A stretch of DNA of 64,000 nucleotides. Source: Desulfuromonadales bacterium (lineage in GTDB: Bacteria; Desulfobacterota; Desulfuromonadia; Desulfuromonadales; JACZKF01). The notes below the pieces were generated by a model. That model saw nothing but the letters and a program-made list of their open reading frames with translations. It did not search any database and had not been told where the DNA came from. The DNA lies in contig JARFUG010000007.1 in the NCBI GenBank assembly GCA_029289095.1, positions 9,297 to 73,296 of the forward strand. Reading direction: 5' to 3'. This document shows, piece after piece, positions 17,075 through 27,370 of the stretch. Position 1 is the stretch's first letter. Each line of letters opens with the position of its first letter. The position numbers and the translations under genes were made by a program.

Positions 17075-19545
17075 CGTGATTCTCCGTTGGAGGTCACCGC
17101 AGGCGGCATCGTGTCGGCGGGGAGGGGATTGCCCTGATCGCGCTTGTTCTTCATCTTCTGCATGAACCACACCAGTGCGACGATCACCACTCCGATCCCG
17201 TCGGTGAGAAAGGTCGGCCAGTACAGCAGGATCGTCGCCGGCGCCAGGAGGATCCATTCAACAATGGAGGTGCGGCGGATCCAGAAACCCATAGTCAGGC
17301 TGGAGAAGGCGATGGTTCCGAGAAACGCTGAGAAGAATGAGGAAAAGATCCGAAACGAGGTTGCCGGGATCTCCGCCCGCACTAGCGTGTCGCCGGGGTA
17401 GACGAGGGCGCCGGGAGATACCATATTGAGGACCGTCGCCTCCTTCGAGGCCTTGATTTCCTTGATCTGTCCTCCGGCCTGAACCACCATCAGAATGTCG
17501 CCGGGGGCGAAGCCCTGTCCGGGGGAGACATCGACCCGCTGAACGGTGGCGAAGGGGGCTCCGTTGCCGAGCTCAGGCAGTGTCGTCTGGACGACCTTCC
17601 CCTGGAAGAGGATAGAGGGGGTGAAGGCGAACAGGAGCGGCATGACATACAGGAGCTTGGCGAATTTGAAGGAGGTCCACCCCGTCTTCCAGGGATCGGC
17701 TCCGGCAATGGCGGCGCCGGCGTAGGCGGCAACGCAGACCGGCGGGGTGATGTTGGAGTCCTGGCTCAGCCAGTAGACGATCTGGTGAGCCACGATAGCG
17801 GCTACGCCGAATTCACCGAGGGCCGGCACGGCGAGAACCGCCACGATCAGGTACGATGCGGTAACGGGAACCCCCATCCCCAGGACGAGAGATGCCAGGG
17901 CGATGAGAACAATGGCGAGCAGCAGGCTTCCGCCGGCCAGCGAGATGATGAGGTCGGAGAACTTCAGCCCCATGCCGGTCAGGGAGATGACTCCGACGAT
18001 GATGCCGATGACCCCGACAGTGGCGCCGATGATGAGGGTGTTGCGCGCTCCGGTCTGGATCGCCTCCCAGATCTCCTTCGGTCCCATGCGGGTCTCCTTG
18101 TTGACCCAACTGATGACGATGCACGAAAGAGTCGCCCAGAAGGCGGCGAAGGCAGGCGAGCGGCCCATGAGCATCAGCACGGTGATGATGACCAGAGGCA
18201 GGGCGAAGTACCATCCGCTCTTCAGAACATCCTGCCAATGGGGGAACTCTTCATGGTCGATCCCCTGAATGTTGAGCTTCTTTGCCTCGAAATGGATCAT
18301 GCAGAAGACGGCGAAGAAATACAGGAGCGCCGGGCCGACGGAGATCATCATGATGTAGGAGTAGGGAAGTCCCGTCAATTCGGCCATCAGGAAGCCGCCC
18401 GCGCCCATGATCGGAGGAAGAAACATCCCCCCGATGGAGGCGGCGGGCTCGATGGCGCCGGCCACATGCGGGCGAAAGCCCGCTCTTTTCATCAGTGGAA
18501 TGGTGAACGCTCCGGTGGAGACGGTGTTGGCGATGGCGCTGCCGGAAACGGACCCGAACAGGGCCGAGGCCATGACGGCGACCTTGGCGGGCCCGCCGGT
18601 GGAGCGCCCGGCCAGCGCAAGGGGCAGATCGATGAAAAACCTGCCGGCGCCCGACTTGTGGAGAAAGGCGCCGAAGAAGATGAAGAGGATAACGTAGGTC
18701 GCAAGAACGCTGGCCATGACGCCGAAGACGCCGTTGGTGGTGATGAACAGGGCGGTGGCGATGCGTTCTATGCTGAAGCCGCGATGGGCGAGGATCTCCG
18801 GGAGGTAGGGGCCGAAGTAGGCGAAGCAGAGCATGCCGACGCCGATCAGCGTCATCGACCACCCGAGCACCCGCCGGCAAACCTCCATGGAGATGATCAA
18901 CCCGGCGATGCCGACAAGAAAGTCAAGTTCGGTTTCGGCCCCGGCCCGCCAGTTCAGCGCTTCGAACTGGCTGATCCAGTAATAGACGGCTCCTCCGGCC
19001 GCCAGGGCGAAAAGGACGTCGGAAACGGTGGGATTGTTCTTCCATCGCTTCTGTACGAAAGTATCTCCGGCCCACAACAGGGCGGCAATCAGGGCGGAAC
19101 CGAGAACAATGGGCCAGAATCCTACCGCGAAAGGGAGGGCCTGGAAGAAACCGTCATTGGACCAGGCATTGCGGAAAACCATCAGTCGCTCGTAGAAGGC
19201 CGCGCTGTCGGGGAAAAAGAACCGTATCGCCACCGCCGACGAGATGAAGAGGCCGAGCGTGAATCCGAGGGGCGCCCGCATGTAGGTGTTGCCCACCGGG
19301 TACAGCAGAAAGACAAGAATATAGGTAATGAGAACGTAGACGCCCAGATGATACTGTGTTCCGACCGATGTGATCCCTGCCGCGTAGAAATAAAACAGGA
19401 CGAGCCCCGCGCCCAGCAACGATATGAGAAACTTCCAAAACCCGGATGGAGTCCGGTACGATTTGGAATCTTTTTCCATCAACTCCTTCAGTTTTTTCTT
19501 TTCTTCCTGACCGAGATCCTGAAGGTCTTTCAATTCGTCAGACAT
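17071..19545 (-). CDS. TRAP transporter fused 4TM/12TM permease (TAXI-type, with DUF3394-like C-terminal insertion)
   Basis: 824 aa and highly hydrophobic. Its architecture matches fused DctQ/DctM permeases, with a soluble ~70-aa insert before the last TM helices. Confidence 0.85.
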   Translation of the reverse strand: MSDELKDLQDLGQEEKKKLKELMEKDSKSYRTPSGFWKFLISLLGAGLVLFYFYAAGITSVGTQYHLGVYVLITYILVFLLYPVGNTYMRAPLGFTLGLFISSAVAIRFFFPDSAAFYERLMVFRNAWSNDGFFQALPFAVGFWPIVLGSALIAALLWAGDTFVQKRWKNNPTVSDVLFALAAGGAVYYWISQFEALNWRAGAETELDFLVGIAGLIISMEVCRRVLGWSMTLIGVGMLCFAYFGPYLPEILAHRGFSIERIATALFITTNGVFGVMASVLATYVILFIFFGAFLHKSGAGRFFIDLPLALAGRSTGGPAKVAVMASALFGSVSGSAIANTVSTGAFTIPLMKRAGFRPHVAGAIEPAASIGGMFLPPIMGAGGFLMAELTGLPYSYIMMISVGPALLYFFAVFCMIHFEAKKLNIQGIDHEEFPHWQDVLKSGWYFALPLVIITVLMLMGRSPAFAAFWATLSCIVISWVNKETRMGPKEIWEAIQTGARNTLIIGATVGVIGIIVGVISLTGMGLKFSDLIISLAGGSLLLAIVLIALASLVLGMGVPVTASYLIVAVLAVPALGEFGVAAIVAHQIVYWLSQDSNITPPVCVAAYAGAAIAGADPWKTGWTSFKFAKLLYVMPLLFAFTPSILFQGKVVQTTLPELGNGAPFATVQRVDVSPGQGFAPGDILMVVQAGGQIKEIKASKEATVLNMVSPGALVYPGDTLVRAEIPATSFRIFSSFFSAFLGTIAFSSLTMGFWIRRTSIVEWILLAPATILLYWPTFLTDGIGVVIVALVWFMQKMKNKRDQGNPLPADTMPPAVTSNGESR

Positions 19546-19606
19546 GGGTGCTCCCTATCCATGCGGCGGCGTGCGCAATTCGTCAAGTCTTTGAGGTCGA
19601 CACGAT

Positions 19607-19632
19607 CAAAGCGGGGCCGAGGCCCCGCTTTG
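19607..19632. terminator. Intercistronic stem-loop between the solute-binding protein gene and the permease gene (possible attenuator)
   Basis: CAAAGCGGGGCC-ga-GGCCCCGCTTTG. There is no U-tract on either strand. Confidence 0.4.
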
Positions 19633-19659
19633 TGAAAACGGCTCAATTGAGATACAGTG

Positions 19660-20649
19660 TTATTTCCCTTGCTGGGCGTCGGTGAGGGTCAGCCCCTTTT
19701 CGCTCCAGAATTTGGCGGCGCCTTTGTGGACCGGCGTGACGATGCCGTACAGCCCGTCTTCAATCGTCATGGCCCTGGCGGTGCTGGTGACGCTGACCAT
19801 GAAGTTGAGCCCCTGGGGGGAGTAGATTTCCTTCAGGGCGTTGTAGATGGTGTCTTCTTTGGCGCGATTGTTGGTGATCCAGATGCAGGAATCCTGGAAG
19901 GTGAAGGTCGGCTTGTCGACGCCGCTATAGGTGCCCGCCGGGATGGTCACTTCGGCGTAGTAGGGGTTGGTGTCGAAGAAGCCGGAGGCCTTTCCTGCCT
20001 CGACGAGGTCAAGGAGCTTGATCCTGTTGCTGGCGGCAGCCTGAATGATGGAAGCGTTGGGGTAGCCGGCGAAGACCCACATGGCGTCGATCAGTCGGTC
20101 GCCCATGGCCGAGGCGCCCTGGGCGTAGCCGATGTACTCGACGCGAATCTTGTCCCAGAGGCCGACGGAGGTGAAGTAGCGCTGCGCCGAAGCGGCGGCG
20201 CCGGAACCGGCGGGACCTACGGCGACGCGCTTGCCGGCGAGATCCTGAACGCTGTTGATCCCGCTGCCGTCGAGCACCACCAGGTGGGCGGGTGCGCCGA
20301 AGAGGTAGGCCAGGGCCTGGACGTTCCGATACTCGCGGGTGTCGTTGGTGAGTTGGCCGTGCATTCCCAGGAATATGTCCCCGGAGTAGGTGAGACCGAA
20401 ATCGGCTTCGCCGGAGTTCACCCTGCGCAGGTTTTCAACGGAGCCGGCGGAAGCCATGTTGGAGACGTCGACATTCGGGAGTTCCCGGGTGAGGCGGGTG
20501 GAGATGGCGTTGGAGAAGAACTGGAAGGTTCCGCCGTCGGGGCCTCCGGAGAAGGCGAGACGCTCTCTGGCTTCGACCGGTGCGGCGCCGGTCAGGAGGG
20601 TGGCCAGAACAAAACCGGCCATTGAAAGCATGCACAACATTTTCTTCAT
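19660..20649 (-). CDS. TAXI-family TRAP transporter solute-binding protein
   Basis: Signal peptide MKKMLCMLSMAGFVLATLLTGAAPVEA, then the TAXI-like core (GGPDGGTFQFF..., NMASAGSVENL, GEADFG). SD GAGGAGG lies upstream of ATG 20649. Confidence 0.85.
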   Translation of the reverse strand: MKKMLCMLSMAGFVLATLLTGAAPVEARERLAFSGGPDGGTFQFFSNAISTRLTRELPNVDVSNMASAGSVENLRRVNSGEADFGLTYSGDIFLGMHGQLTNDTREYRNVQALAYLFGAPAHLVVLDGSGINSVQDLAGKRVAVGPAGSGAAASAQRYFTSVGLWDKIRVEYIGYAQGASAMGDRLIDAMWVFAGYPNASIIQAAASNRIKLLDLVEAGKASGFFDTNPYYAEVTIPAGTYSGVDKPTFTFQDSCIWITNNRAKEDTIYNALKEIYSPQGLNFMVSVTSTARAMTIEDGLYGIVTPVHKGAAKFWSEKGLTLTDAQQGK

Positions 20650-20715
20650 CGGTGGTACCTCCTCTTTGAGGGTTAGGGGCTGCAGAGCCATTTTAATAAA
20701 GTATAGCAGCAACAC

Positions 20716-20730
20716 GCAAGTAGGGTGCCA
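20716..20730 (-). promoter_or_regulatory. Sigma-54 (-24/-12) promoter of the TAXI-TRAP/usp operon
   Basis: The minus strand reads TGGCAC-CCTAC-TTGC, with exact GG-N10-GC spacing, 67 nt upstream of ATG 20649. An AT-rich tract lies further upstream. Confidence 0.7.
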
Positions 20731-21087
20731 GAAATAAAATACTGTTTTTTTCAAAAACCCTCCCGGCCCCCCTAGTTAAATCGGGCACTTGTCGGAATTG
20801 GTGATGCCTCACCTGAATCAGGGGTGGCGGAAATCGGCCGCATGTGGCGAAAAGGAGCCAAGTCTCGAAATTCCCCTTCGCCAATGTAGAACCCTGTTAA
20901 AATTCTGAAGACGATCGCACAAGGAGGGGAGGTCCGCTTTGTCTTGACAGCGGGGCGTCCTTTTACTTACATAGGGCCGGTCCCCCTGGGGCTCCAGCGC
21001 CGGGAGGGGCACTTTGGGAGGCGATCGTCTCGAGGCGGTTTCACCCCTCCCTGTCGGATTTTCATGTTTCGTGCTGAAGGAGGCGCG

Positions 21088-21942
21088 GTGGAAAAGGTGG
21101 TGTGCAAGCGAACGCTGTTGGCTCCGGCGAAGATCAATCTGTGTCTTCATGTGCTCTCGAGGCGCGAGAACGGCTACCACGATCTTGCCATGATCATGCA
21201 GCGCGTCTCGCTTTACGATCGCCTCGAGCTCGAGCTGAGCGACGAGCCGGGCGTTCGCGTCCGTTGCGCCGGCGTCGATCTTTCCGCGGGAGAGGAAAAC
21301 GTGGCCGCGCGGGCTGCCAGGGCACTCCTGGTGCGAAAAGGGAGCGAGGTCGGGGTCGATATCGTCATCGACAAGCAGATTCCTGTGGCTGCAGGGCTCG
21401 GCGGGGGATCGTCCGATGCGGCTTCAGTTCTGCTGGCCCTCAATGAGATGCTCGGTCTGGGCCTTGAGCGCCGGGAACTGATGGCCGAGGGGGTAAGGCT
21501 CGGTGCGGACGTCCCTTTTTTCATCTTTGAGCAGTCGGCGTGGGCAACCGGCATCGGAGAGGTGCTCTCACCGTTCGAGGTGAATGTGCCGCTCTGGTAT
21601 GTGCTGGTCAACCCGGGTTTGGCCGTCTCGACGGCCTGGGTTTACCAAAATTTGAAGTTGACATCATCAAAGGGCGCGGCTAAAATGCCCCGGTTTCCCA
21701 GGACGCTCGAAGAGCTCGTTCCTCTGTTGCACAACGACCTTGAGCAGGTTACCCTTTCGAGGTATCCTCTTGTCGGGGAGATCAAGGACTACCTTCTCTC
21801 TCTCGGCGCCGCGGGCGCGCTGATGTCCGGAAGCGGCCCGACGGTCTTTGGAGTCTTCGCCTCGGAAGACTCGGCATTGAGAGCGGCCCAGGCCTGCTCT
21901 CGCGAGCCGGGGTGGCGATCATTCGCTGTCCACCCTGTCTGA
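21088..21942 (+). CDS. ispE: 4-diphosphocytidyl-2-C-methyl-D-erythritol kinase
   Basis: APAKINLCLHV, GYHDL, and the GHMP kinase motif PVAAGLGGGSSDAA. GTG 21088 behind GAAGGAGG is preferred over the longer ORF. Confidence 0.88.
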   Translation: MEKVVCKRTLLAPAKINLCLHVLSRRENGYHDLAMIMQRVSLYDRLELELSDEPGVRVRCAGVDLSAGEENVAARAARALLVRKGSEVGVDIVIDKQIPVAAGLGGGSSDAASVLLALNEMLGLGLERRELMAEGVRLGADVPFFIFEQSAWATGIGEVLSPFEVNVPLWYVLVNPGLAVSTAWVYQNLKLTSSKGAAKMPRFPRTLEELVPLLHNDLEQVTLSRYPLVGEIKDYLLSLGAAGALMSGSGPTVFGVFASEDSALRAAQACSREPGWRSFAVHPV

Positions 21943-21963
21943 GGCCGTTCGAAAAAAGCATGA

Positions 21964-22038
21964 TGGGGCGTCGCCAAGCGGTAAGGCACCGGATTTTGAT
22001 TCCGGCATCCCCAGGTTCGAATCCTGGCGCCCCAGCCA
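21964..22038 (+). tRNA. tRNA-Gln (anticodon UUG), CCA encoded
   Basis: The cloverleaf was folded by hand. Acceptor TGGGGCG/CGCCCCA; anticodon stem CCGGA/TCCGG with loop TTTTGAT; T-arm CCAGG-TTCGAAT-CCTGG; discriminator G followed by CCA. Confidence 0.9.
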
Positions 22039-22168
22039 TCTTTAACGTATTTCCGGCACGATCCGAGGTGGCCGGAGTCGGCATAAAAACAATCGTCCCA
22101 GTATCCTTCCGGTTAGGTCATGGGCTTCCATGGCCTACAGTTTTTCCAGCAGTGAGGGTCTCCCGCCG

Positions 22169-23107
22169 ATGAACAAACTCAAGATCTTTGCCGGCAACTC
22201 CAATCTTCCGCTTGCCCGTGAAATCTGCGGTCAACTCGCCGTCCCTCTGGGGAGCGCCAAGGTCAGAAATTTCTCCGATGGCGAGATCATGGTGGAGGTC
22301 GGCGAGAATGTCCGGGGGCGAGACGTCTACGTCATCCAGTCGACCTGTGCTCCGACCAACAACAATTTGATGGAGCTGCTGGTGATGTGCGATGCGCTCA
22401 AGCGCGCTTCGGCTGAACGCATCACGGCGGTGATCCCCTATTTCGGCTACGCCCGCCAGGACAGGAAGGTGGCGCCCCGCACCCCCATCACCAGCAAGCT
22501 GGTGGCCGACCTGATCACCACGGCCGGCGCCGACCGCGTTCTGAGCATGGATCTGCACGCCGGGCAGATCCAGGGATTTTTCAACATCCCCGTCGATCAT
22601 CTCTATGCGGCTCCCGTCATTCTTGAGGACATCAGCAGCCGCTTTCGCGGCAAGGTGGTGGTCGTTTCCCCCGACGCCGGCGGGACGGAGCGGGCGCGGG
22701 CCTTCGCAAAGCGCCTCGATGCCGGTCTGGCCATCATCGACAAGCGCCGTAGCGGCCCCAACGTCTCGGAGGTCATGCACATCATCGGTGATGTCGTGGG
22801 CAAGCCGTGCGTCATCGTCGACGACATGATCGACACCGCAGGGACTCTTTGCCAGGCCGCCAAGGCGCTGCAGAGCGAGGGGGCCAGCGAAATCTACGCC
22901 TGCGCCACCCATGCGGTCCTCTCCGGCCCGGCTCTCGAGCGCATCAACGAGAGCTGCCTTCAGGAAGTGCTCGTCACGAACTCTATTCCGACCGACGGAA
23001 AGCTCAAGGATTGCTCCAAACTGCGCATTCTCAGCGTGGCTGAGCTCCTTGCCGAGGCCATTCGCCGGATTCACGGCGACGAATCGGTCAGTTCGCTCTT
23101 CTGTTGA
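22169..23107 (+). CDS. prs: Ribose-phosphate pyrophosphokinase
   Basis: [16 protein letters not shown]..., [11 protein letters not shown], and the PRPP-binding loop [12 protein letters not shown]. Confidence 0.93.
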   Translation: MNKLKIFAGNSNLPLAREICGQLAVPLGSAKVRNFSDGEIMVEVGENVRGRDVYVIQSTCAPTNNNLMELLVMCDALKRASAERITAVIPYFGYARQDRKVAPRTPITSKLVADLITTAGADRVLSMDLHAGQIQGFFNIPVDHLYAAPVILEDISSRFRGKVVVVSPDAGGTERARAFAKRLDAGLAIIDKRRSGPNVSEVMHIIGDVVGKPCVIVDDMIDTAGTLCQAAKALQSEGASEIYACATHAVLSGPALERINESCLQEVLVTNSIPTDGKLKDCSKLRILSVAELLAEAIRRIHGDESVSSLFC

Positions 23108-23158
23108 TCCATCACTGCATCCATACCGATCCAGAAAAAATCATTACGGAGGAAATAC

Positions 23159-23755
23159 ATGGCAAAGTCAGAATTGAACGTCAGCGCCCGGGAAGGCGTC
23201 GGCAAAGGGATTTCCCGCAGTCTTCGTCGCCAGGGCTCCGCCCCCGGCGTGGTGTACGGCAGAGGGTTCGCCCCCTGTCCGATCTCCGTCGATCCCAAGG
23301 CGCTCAAAAAGGCGATTTCGACCGAAGCCGGATGGAACACTCTCATCACCCTGCGAGGAGAGGGAACCTTCTCGGGTAAAACGGTCATCCTCAAGGACGT
23401 GCAGCTCGATCCGATCCGGGGAGACATCCTTCATGCCGACTTCCAAACCGTCGATATGAAGGAATCGGTCCACACCACCGTTCCGGTGCATTCCATCGGC
23501 AAGTCGGCCGGCGAGAAGGACGGGGGCAACCTCCAGATCATCCGCCATGAGCTCGAAGTGATCTGTCTGCCGGACGCCATCCCCACTTCGATCGACGTCG
23601 ATGTCACCCATCTGAAGATCGGCGACGTCATCCACATCGACGACATCGTTCTGCCTGCCGGCGTCAAGGTCCCCCACGACGTCAACTTCACCGTCATTAC
23701 CGTGACCGGGCGCAAGGGCGAAGAAGAAGCGGCCGAGGGCGAAGAGACCGCCTAG
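23159..23755 (+). CDS. rplY: 50S ribosomal protein L25 / general stress protein Ctc
   Basis: 198 aa with an L25 N-terminal domain (RRQGSAPGVVYG) and a Ctc-type C-terminal domain. It sits in the conserved position between prs and pth. Confidence 0.88.
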   Translation: MAKSELNVSAREGVGKGISRSLRRQGSAPGVVYGRGFAPCPISVDPKALKKAISTEAGWNTLITLRGEGTFSGKTVILKDVQLDPIRGDILHADFQTVDMKESVHTTVPVHSIGKSAGEKDGGNLQIIRHELEVICLPDAIPTSIDVDVTHLKIGDVIHIDDIVLPAGVKVPHDVNFTVITVTGRKGEEEAAEGEETA

Positions 23756-23769
23756 TAAAGAGAGAGCGC

Positions 23770-24354
23770 TTGAAGCTGATCGCCGGTCTCGGCAATCCAG
23801 GGAGCAAGTACGCCGCCACACGCCACAATATCGGATTCATGGCGGTATCGCGTCTTGCCGAACGCTGCGGTGTCTCCCTGAAGAAGAACGGTTACCAGGG
23901 GATCTACGGCGTGGGGAGGGTCGTGGGGGTGGAGACCACTTTACTGCTCCCGCAAACCTTCATGAACCTCAGCGGCGTGAGCGTCGCTTCCGCCTGCAGA
24001 TCTCTCGGGGTCGAGCCGCATGAACTCGTCGTCGTTCACGACGACATCGAGCTTCCCTTCGGCTCTTTGCGCATACGCACCGGTGGGGGGCACGGGGGGC
24101 ACAACGGCATCCGCAGCATCCGCGAGGTGCTCGGAACCGGGGAGTTCATCAGGCTCAAGATCGGCGTCGGACGCCCTCCTGCCGGGGGGAGTGACGTCTC
24201 CGGTTGGGTCCTCGCCCCTTTCGGCCCCCTGGAGAAAAAGCACCTCGATGAACTTCTCGACCTCTCTTGTTCCGCGCTGGAGACGATTCTCTCGGCTGGT
24301 GTTTCCCAAGGGATGAACGAGTTCAACAACCGAAACATCCTTGACGGCGAGTAG
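23770..24354 (+). CDS. pth: Peptidyl-tRNA hydrolase
   Basis: [17 protein letters not shown] and [12 protein letters not shown] motifs. TTG start. Confidence 0.92.
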   Translation: MKLIAGLGNPGSKYAATRHNIGFMAVSRLAERCGVSLKKNGYQGIYGVGRVVGVETTLLLPQTFMNLSGVSVASACRSLGVEPHELVVVHDDIELPFGSLRIRTGGGHGGHNGIRSIREVLGTGEFIRLKIGVGRPPAGGSDVSGWVLAPFGPLEKKHLDELLDLSCSALETILSAGVSQGMNEFNNRNILDGE

Positions 24355-24418
24355 CCGAAGCGTCGCTTTGGCGGGTCGCTCCGCTCCGTGGCAGGGCGGC
24401 CGCCTTTATCGACAACCG

Positions 24419-24447
24419 GATAGCCGGGGCGATTGGCCCCGGCTATC
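24419..24447 (+). terminator. Stem-loop after pth
   Basis: GATAGCCGGGGC-gattg-GCCCCGGCTATC, followed by TCGTTTCC. Confidence 0.5.
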
Positions 24448-24506
24448 TCGTTTCCATCCTCAGGAAAGTGCGGACGGAAGCGAATTTTCCTGGAAGCAAA
24501 AGATCT

Positions 24507-25601
24507 ATGGGATTCAAGTGTGGAATCGTCGGCCTTCCCAATGTCGGAAAGTCGACCATTTTCAACGCCATCACCTCCGCCGGCGCGGAGTCGGCCAACT
24601 ATCCGTTCTGCACCATCGAACCGAATGTCGGGGTCGTCTCCGTTCCCGATCCCCGTCTCGACCAGTTGGCCCAGATCGTCCGTCCCCAGAAAGTCGTGCC
24701 GACCACCATGGAGTTTGTCGACATCGCCGGTCTGGTCAAGGGGGCAAGCCGTGGAGAGGGGCTCGGAAACCAGTTTCTCGGACACATCCGCCAGGTCGAT
24801 GCCATTGCACACATCGTGCGCTGCTTTGAAGACGAAAACGTCGTTCACGTCGACGGCTCCATCGATCCGCTGCGCGACGTCGAGGTGATCCAGACCGAGC
24901 TCAACCTCTCCGATCTGGAGACGGTTGAAAAGCGCATCTCACGCAGCGAGAAGCAGGCCCGCAGCGGCGACAAGAAACTGCAGGCCGAACTCGAGGTTCT
25001 GAAAAAGCTTCAGGTTCACCTCAATGAAATGCGGCCGGCTCGCAGCGCCGAACTGTCCGATGAGGAGCGCCGCATCATGCGGGAGCTTCATCTCATTACG
25101 GCCAAACCCGTCCTCTACGTCGCCAATGTGGCTGAAGACGATCTGGAGGGAAAGCACCCTTTCGTAGAGCGTCTGCGTGGCCATGCCGCGGCAGAGGGGG
25201 CTAAGATGGTCCTTATCTGCGGGAAGATCGAGGCGGAAATCGCCGAGCTTCCTGCGGAGGAGAAGGAGGAGTTCCTTCGCGAAATGGGGCTCGACCGCTC
25301 GGGTCTCGATCGCATGATCAACGCCGGCTACGACCTGCTCGGTCTGATTACCTACTTCACCGCCGGCGTCAAGGAAGTTAGAGCCTGGACCGTCCCCAGG
25401 GGGACCCGCGGTCCCGGAGCGGCAGGGGTCATCCACTCGGACTTCGAACGCGGATTCATTCGCGCCGAGGTGATCTCCTTCGACGACTTCGTCGCCTCCG
25501 CAGGTGAGGCCGGCGCCCGTGAAAAAGGGCTCCTTCGTCTCGAAGGAAAGGACTACGTCGTCCAGGACGGTGACGTCATGCACTTCCGTTTCAATGTCTG
25601 A
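24507..25601 (+). CDS. ychF: Redox-regulated ribosome-binding ATPase YchF
   Basis: [21 protein letters not shown] (G1 motif), a TGS domain, and the C-terminal tail [11 protein letters not shown]. Confidence 0.93.
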   Translation: MGFKCGIVGLPNVGKSTIFNAITSAGAESANYPFCTIEPNVGVVSVPDPRLDQLAQIVRPQKVVPTTMEFVDIAGLVKGASRGEGLGNQFLGHIRQVDAIAHIVRCFEDENVVHVDGSIDPLRDVEVIQTELNLSDLETVEKRISRSEKQARSGDKKLQAELEVLKKLQVHLNEMRPARSAELSDEERRIMRELHLITAKPVLYVANVAEDDLEGKHPFVERLRGHAAAEGAKMVLICGKIEAEIAELPAEEKEEFLREMGLDRSGLDRMINAGYDLLGLITYFTAGVKEVRAWTVPRGTRGPGAAGVIHSDFERGFIRAEVISFDDFVASAGEAGAREKGLLRLEGKDYVVQDGDVMHFRFNV

Positions 25602-25726
25602 ACGTAAAAAGGATTGAAATATCAGCACAAGTGTGGTAAGAGGTTGAGTTCTTTTCGGATGCCTTCCAGGCATCCTCTCCTTGCTCCGGCTCGGGCCGGG
25701 GCTACAAACCCGTGAGGAGTTTCTAC

Positions 25727-26083
25727 ATGCGTACCTACGAAACGATCTTCATTGTCCATCCGGACATCGCCGGCGACAGCTACAATGCGCTGGTGGAAAA
25801 GTTCAAGACCGTGCTCACCGACCAGAACGCCGAGATTCTCAAGGTCGACGAGTGGGGAAGCCGCAAGCTGGCCTACCCGGTCAAGAAGCAGGCTCGTGGA
25901 ACCTTCGTTCTCGTCGCCTACAATGCCGCGTCCGACGTCATTGCCGAATTCGAGCGTCGCATGCGTATCGACGAGAACATCATCAAGTTCCAGACCGTTC
26001 ATTTGGAAAAAGGCCTGGAGACCGCCGCTCCGGTCAAGGAAGCCGCCGAGGCCGGCGCCGAAGAATCCGAAACCGCAGAGTAA
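25727..26083 (+). CDS. rpsF: 30S ribosomal protein S6
   Basis: MRTYETIFIVHPD..., KLAYPV. SD GAGGAG lies upstream. Acidic C-terminal tail. Confidence 0.92.
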   Translation: MRTYETIFIVHPDIAGDSYNALVEKFKTVLTDQNAEILKVDEWGSRKLAYPVKKQARGTFVLVAYNAASDVIAEFERRMRIDENIIKFQTVHLEKGLETAAPVKEAAEAGAEESETAE

Positions 26084-26119
26084 TACCCCAGAGACCTTTT
26101 TTGATACGGGAGACGAATC

Positions 26120-26395
26120 ATGGCCTTTGAAAGAAAACCCGCCAGACCTGCCGCCGGCGCACCTCGCCGCCGCTTCATGAGAAGAAAAGGGTGCCGTTTC
26201 TGTGCCGACAACACCATCAAGATCGATTACAAGGAAGTCCGTTCCCTGCGCTACTTCATTTCCGAGCGCGGAAAGATCGTTCCCCGCCGCATCAGCGGCA
26301 ACTGCGCCGAACACCAGCGCAAGGTGACCGAAGCGATCAAGCGGGCCCGCAATATCGCCCTGCTGCCGTTTACCTCCGGCCACTCGCTGGACTAA
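26120..26395 (+). CDS. rpsR: 30S ribosomal protein S18
   Basis: [60 protein letters not shown]. Confidence 0.95.
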   Translation: MAFERKPARPAAGAPRRRFMRRKGCRFCADNTIKIDYKEVRSLRYFISERGKIVPRRISGNCAEHQRKVTEAIKRARNIALLPFTSGHSLD

Positions 26396-26428
26396 ACGGA
26401 GGGGCTGCTCAAGAGAACGGGCTCCGGC

Positions 26429-27349
26429 ATGATTCTGCGCAACGCCGTTATCGGAACGATCCTGACAGTTATCCTGCACTCTGCGGCCGGCTTTCTCGGC
26501 CCCCTCGGCGTGCTCGTCTATATCTTCGTTCCGCTTCCGGTCGCCTACATCGCCCTCAGCAGAGGGCTCACCCCGGCTGCGGGCGCCGTTCTATTCAGCA
26601 CCCTCTTTCTGCTTCTGACCGGAGGGTTCGTCTCGGGGCTTTCTTACCTGCTGCAGTTCGGGCTCGCCTCCTTCGTCTTTTCCCTGTTGCTATGCATGGG
26701 GAGACGATGGGACGCCGCCGTGGCGATCGGCGTTGCCACCTCTGTGGTGACGGGGGGGCTCGCTCTGAGTCTCATCGGGTCGTTCCGAGGCATCTCTCTG
26801 GGAGAAATGGTGCGAAGCTACGTGCAGCTCGAAGTCGATCGGGCGATGAACATCTATCGCCAAGCCCAGCTTCCGCCCGATCAGTTGCAGGAGATTCAGC
26901 GCATCATCGATCACATGGCCGTCTTTCTCGTTCAGACCTGGCCGGCCCTCTCGGTGATCGTCACGGGGACCGTTCTTCTGGCGACCGTCCTCTTTCTTTC
27001 ACAACTTTCCAAGGGGCGCTATCAAATCGTCAATCCGCCCTTTGCGTCATGGAAGGTCCCGGAGAAGCTGATATGGGTCCTTATCCTCGGAGGCGCCGGC
27101 TTTCTGCTCGGCTCTGACGGGACAAGAGTCCTGGCCCTCAACTTGCTCACCGTCGTCCTTCCGATTTATTTTCTTCAGGGGCTGGCCGTGGTGACCTGGT
27201 TCTTTCAGAAGAGGGAGGTCACGCCTTTTTTTCGAAGACTCGGCTACATGCTGGTGCTCCTTCTCAATCCCCTGCCGATTCTCGTAATGGGCGTGGGGAT
27301 ATTCGATCTCTGGATCGACTTCAGGAAACCAAGAGATACTGAGAAATAG
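26429..27349 (+). CDS. Polytopic membrane protein, DUF2232 (YybS-like)
   Basis: 306 aa with about 8 predicted TM helices. It sits between rpsR and rplI, as yybS does in Firmicutes. Confidence 0.55.
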   Translation: MILRNAVIGTILTVILHSAAGFLGPLGVLVYIFVPLPVAYIALSRGLTPAAGAVLFSTLFLLLTGGFVSGLSYLLQFGLASFVFSLLLCMGRRWDAAVAIGVATSVVTGGLALSLIGSFRGISLGEMVRSYVQLEVDRAMNIYRQAQLPPDQLQEIQRIIDHMAVFLVQTWPALSVIVTGTVLLATVLFLSQLSKGRYQIVNPPFASWKVPEKLIWVLILGGAGFLLGSDGTRVLALNLLTVVLPIYFLQGLAVVTWFFQKREVTPFFRRLGYMLVLLLNPLPILVMGVGIFDLWIDFRKPRDTEK

Positions 27350-27370
27350 ATCGCTTCATTGGAGGAAAAT

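Noticed and set aside
17785-19635. 616-aa ORF on the plus strand, antisense to the TRAP permease
   Set aside because: Its composition is dominated by G, D, E, R and H, which is typical of an antisense frame of a hydrophobic GC-rich gene. It has no SD sequence and no motifs.
20755-21087. A possible small RNA or structured leader in the 330-bp gap between the TRAP promoter region and ispE. This includes a weak TTGACA-N17-TTACAT promoter at 20944-20972.
   Set aside because: The -10 box is poor (3/6), and I could not recognise a known RNA family or a convincing terminator. I leave it as unexplained intergenic sequence rather than a feature.
21943-22168. tRNA-Gln as an integration hotspot or genomic-island boundary
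   Set aside because: The flanking genes (ispE upstream, prs-rplY-pth-ychF downstream) form a widely conserved housekeeping arrangement. I saw no integrase, no direct repeat of the tRNA 3' end, and no compositional shift.
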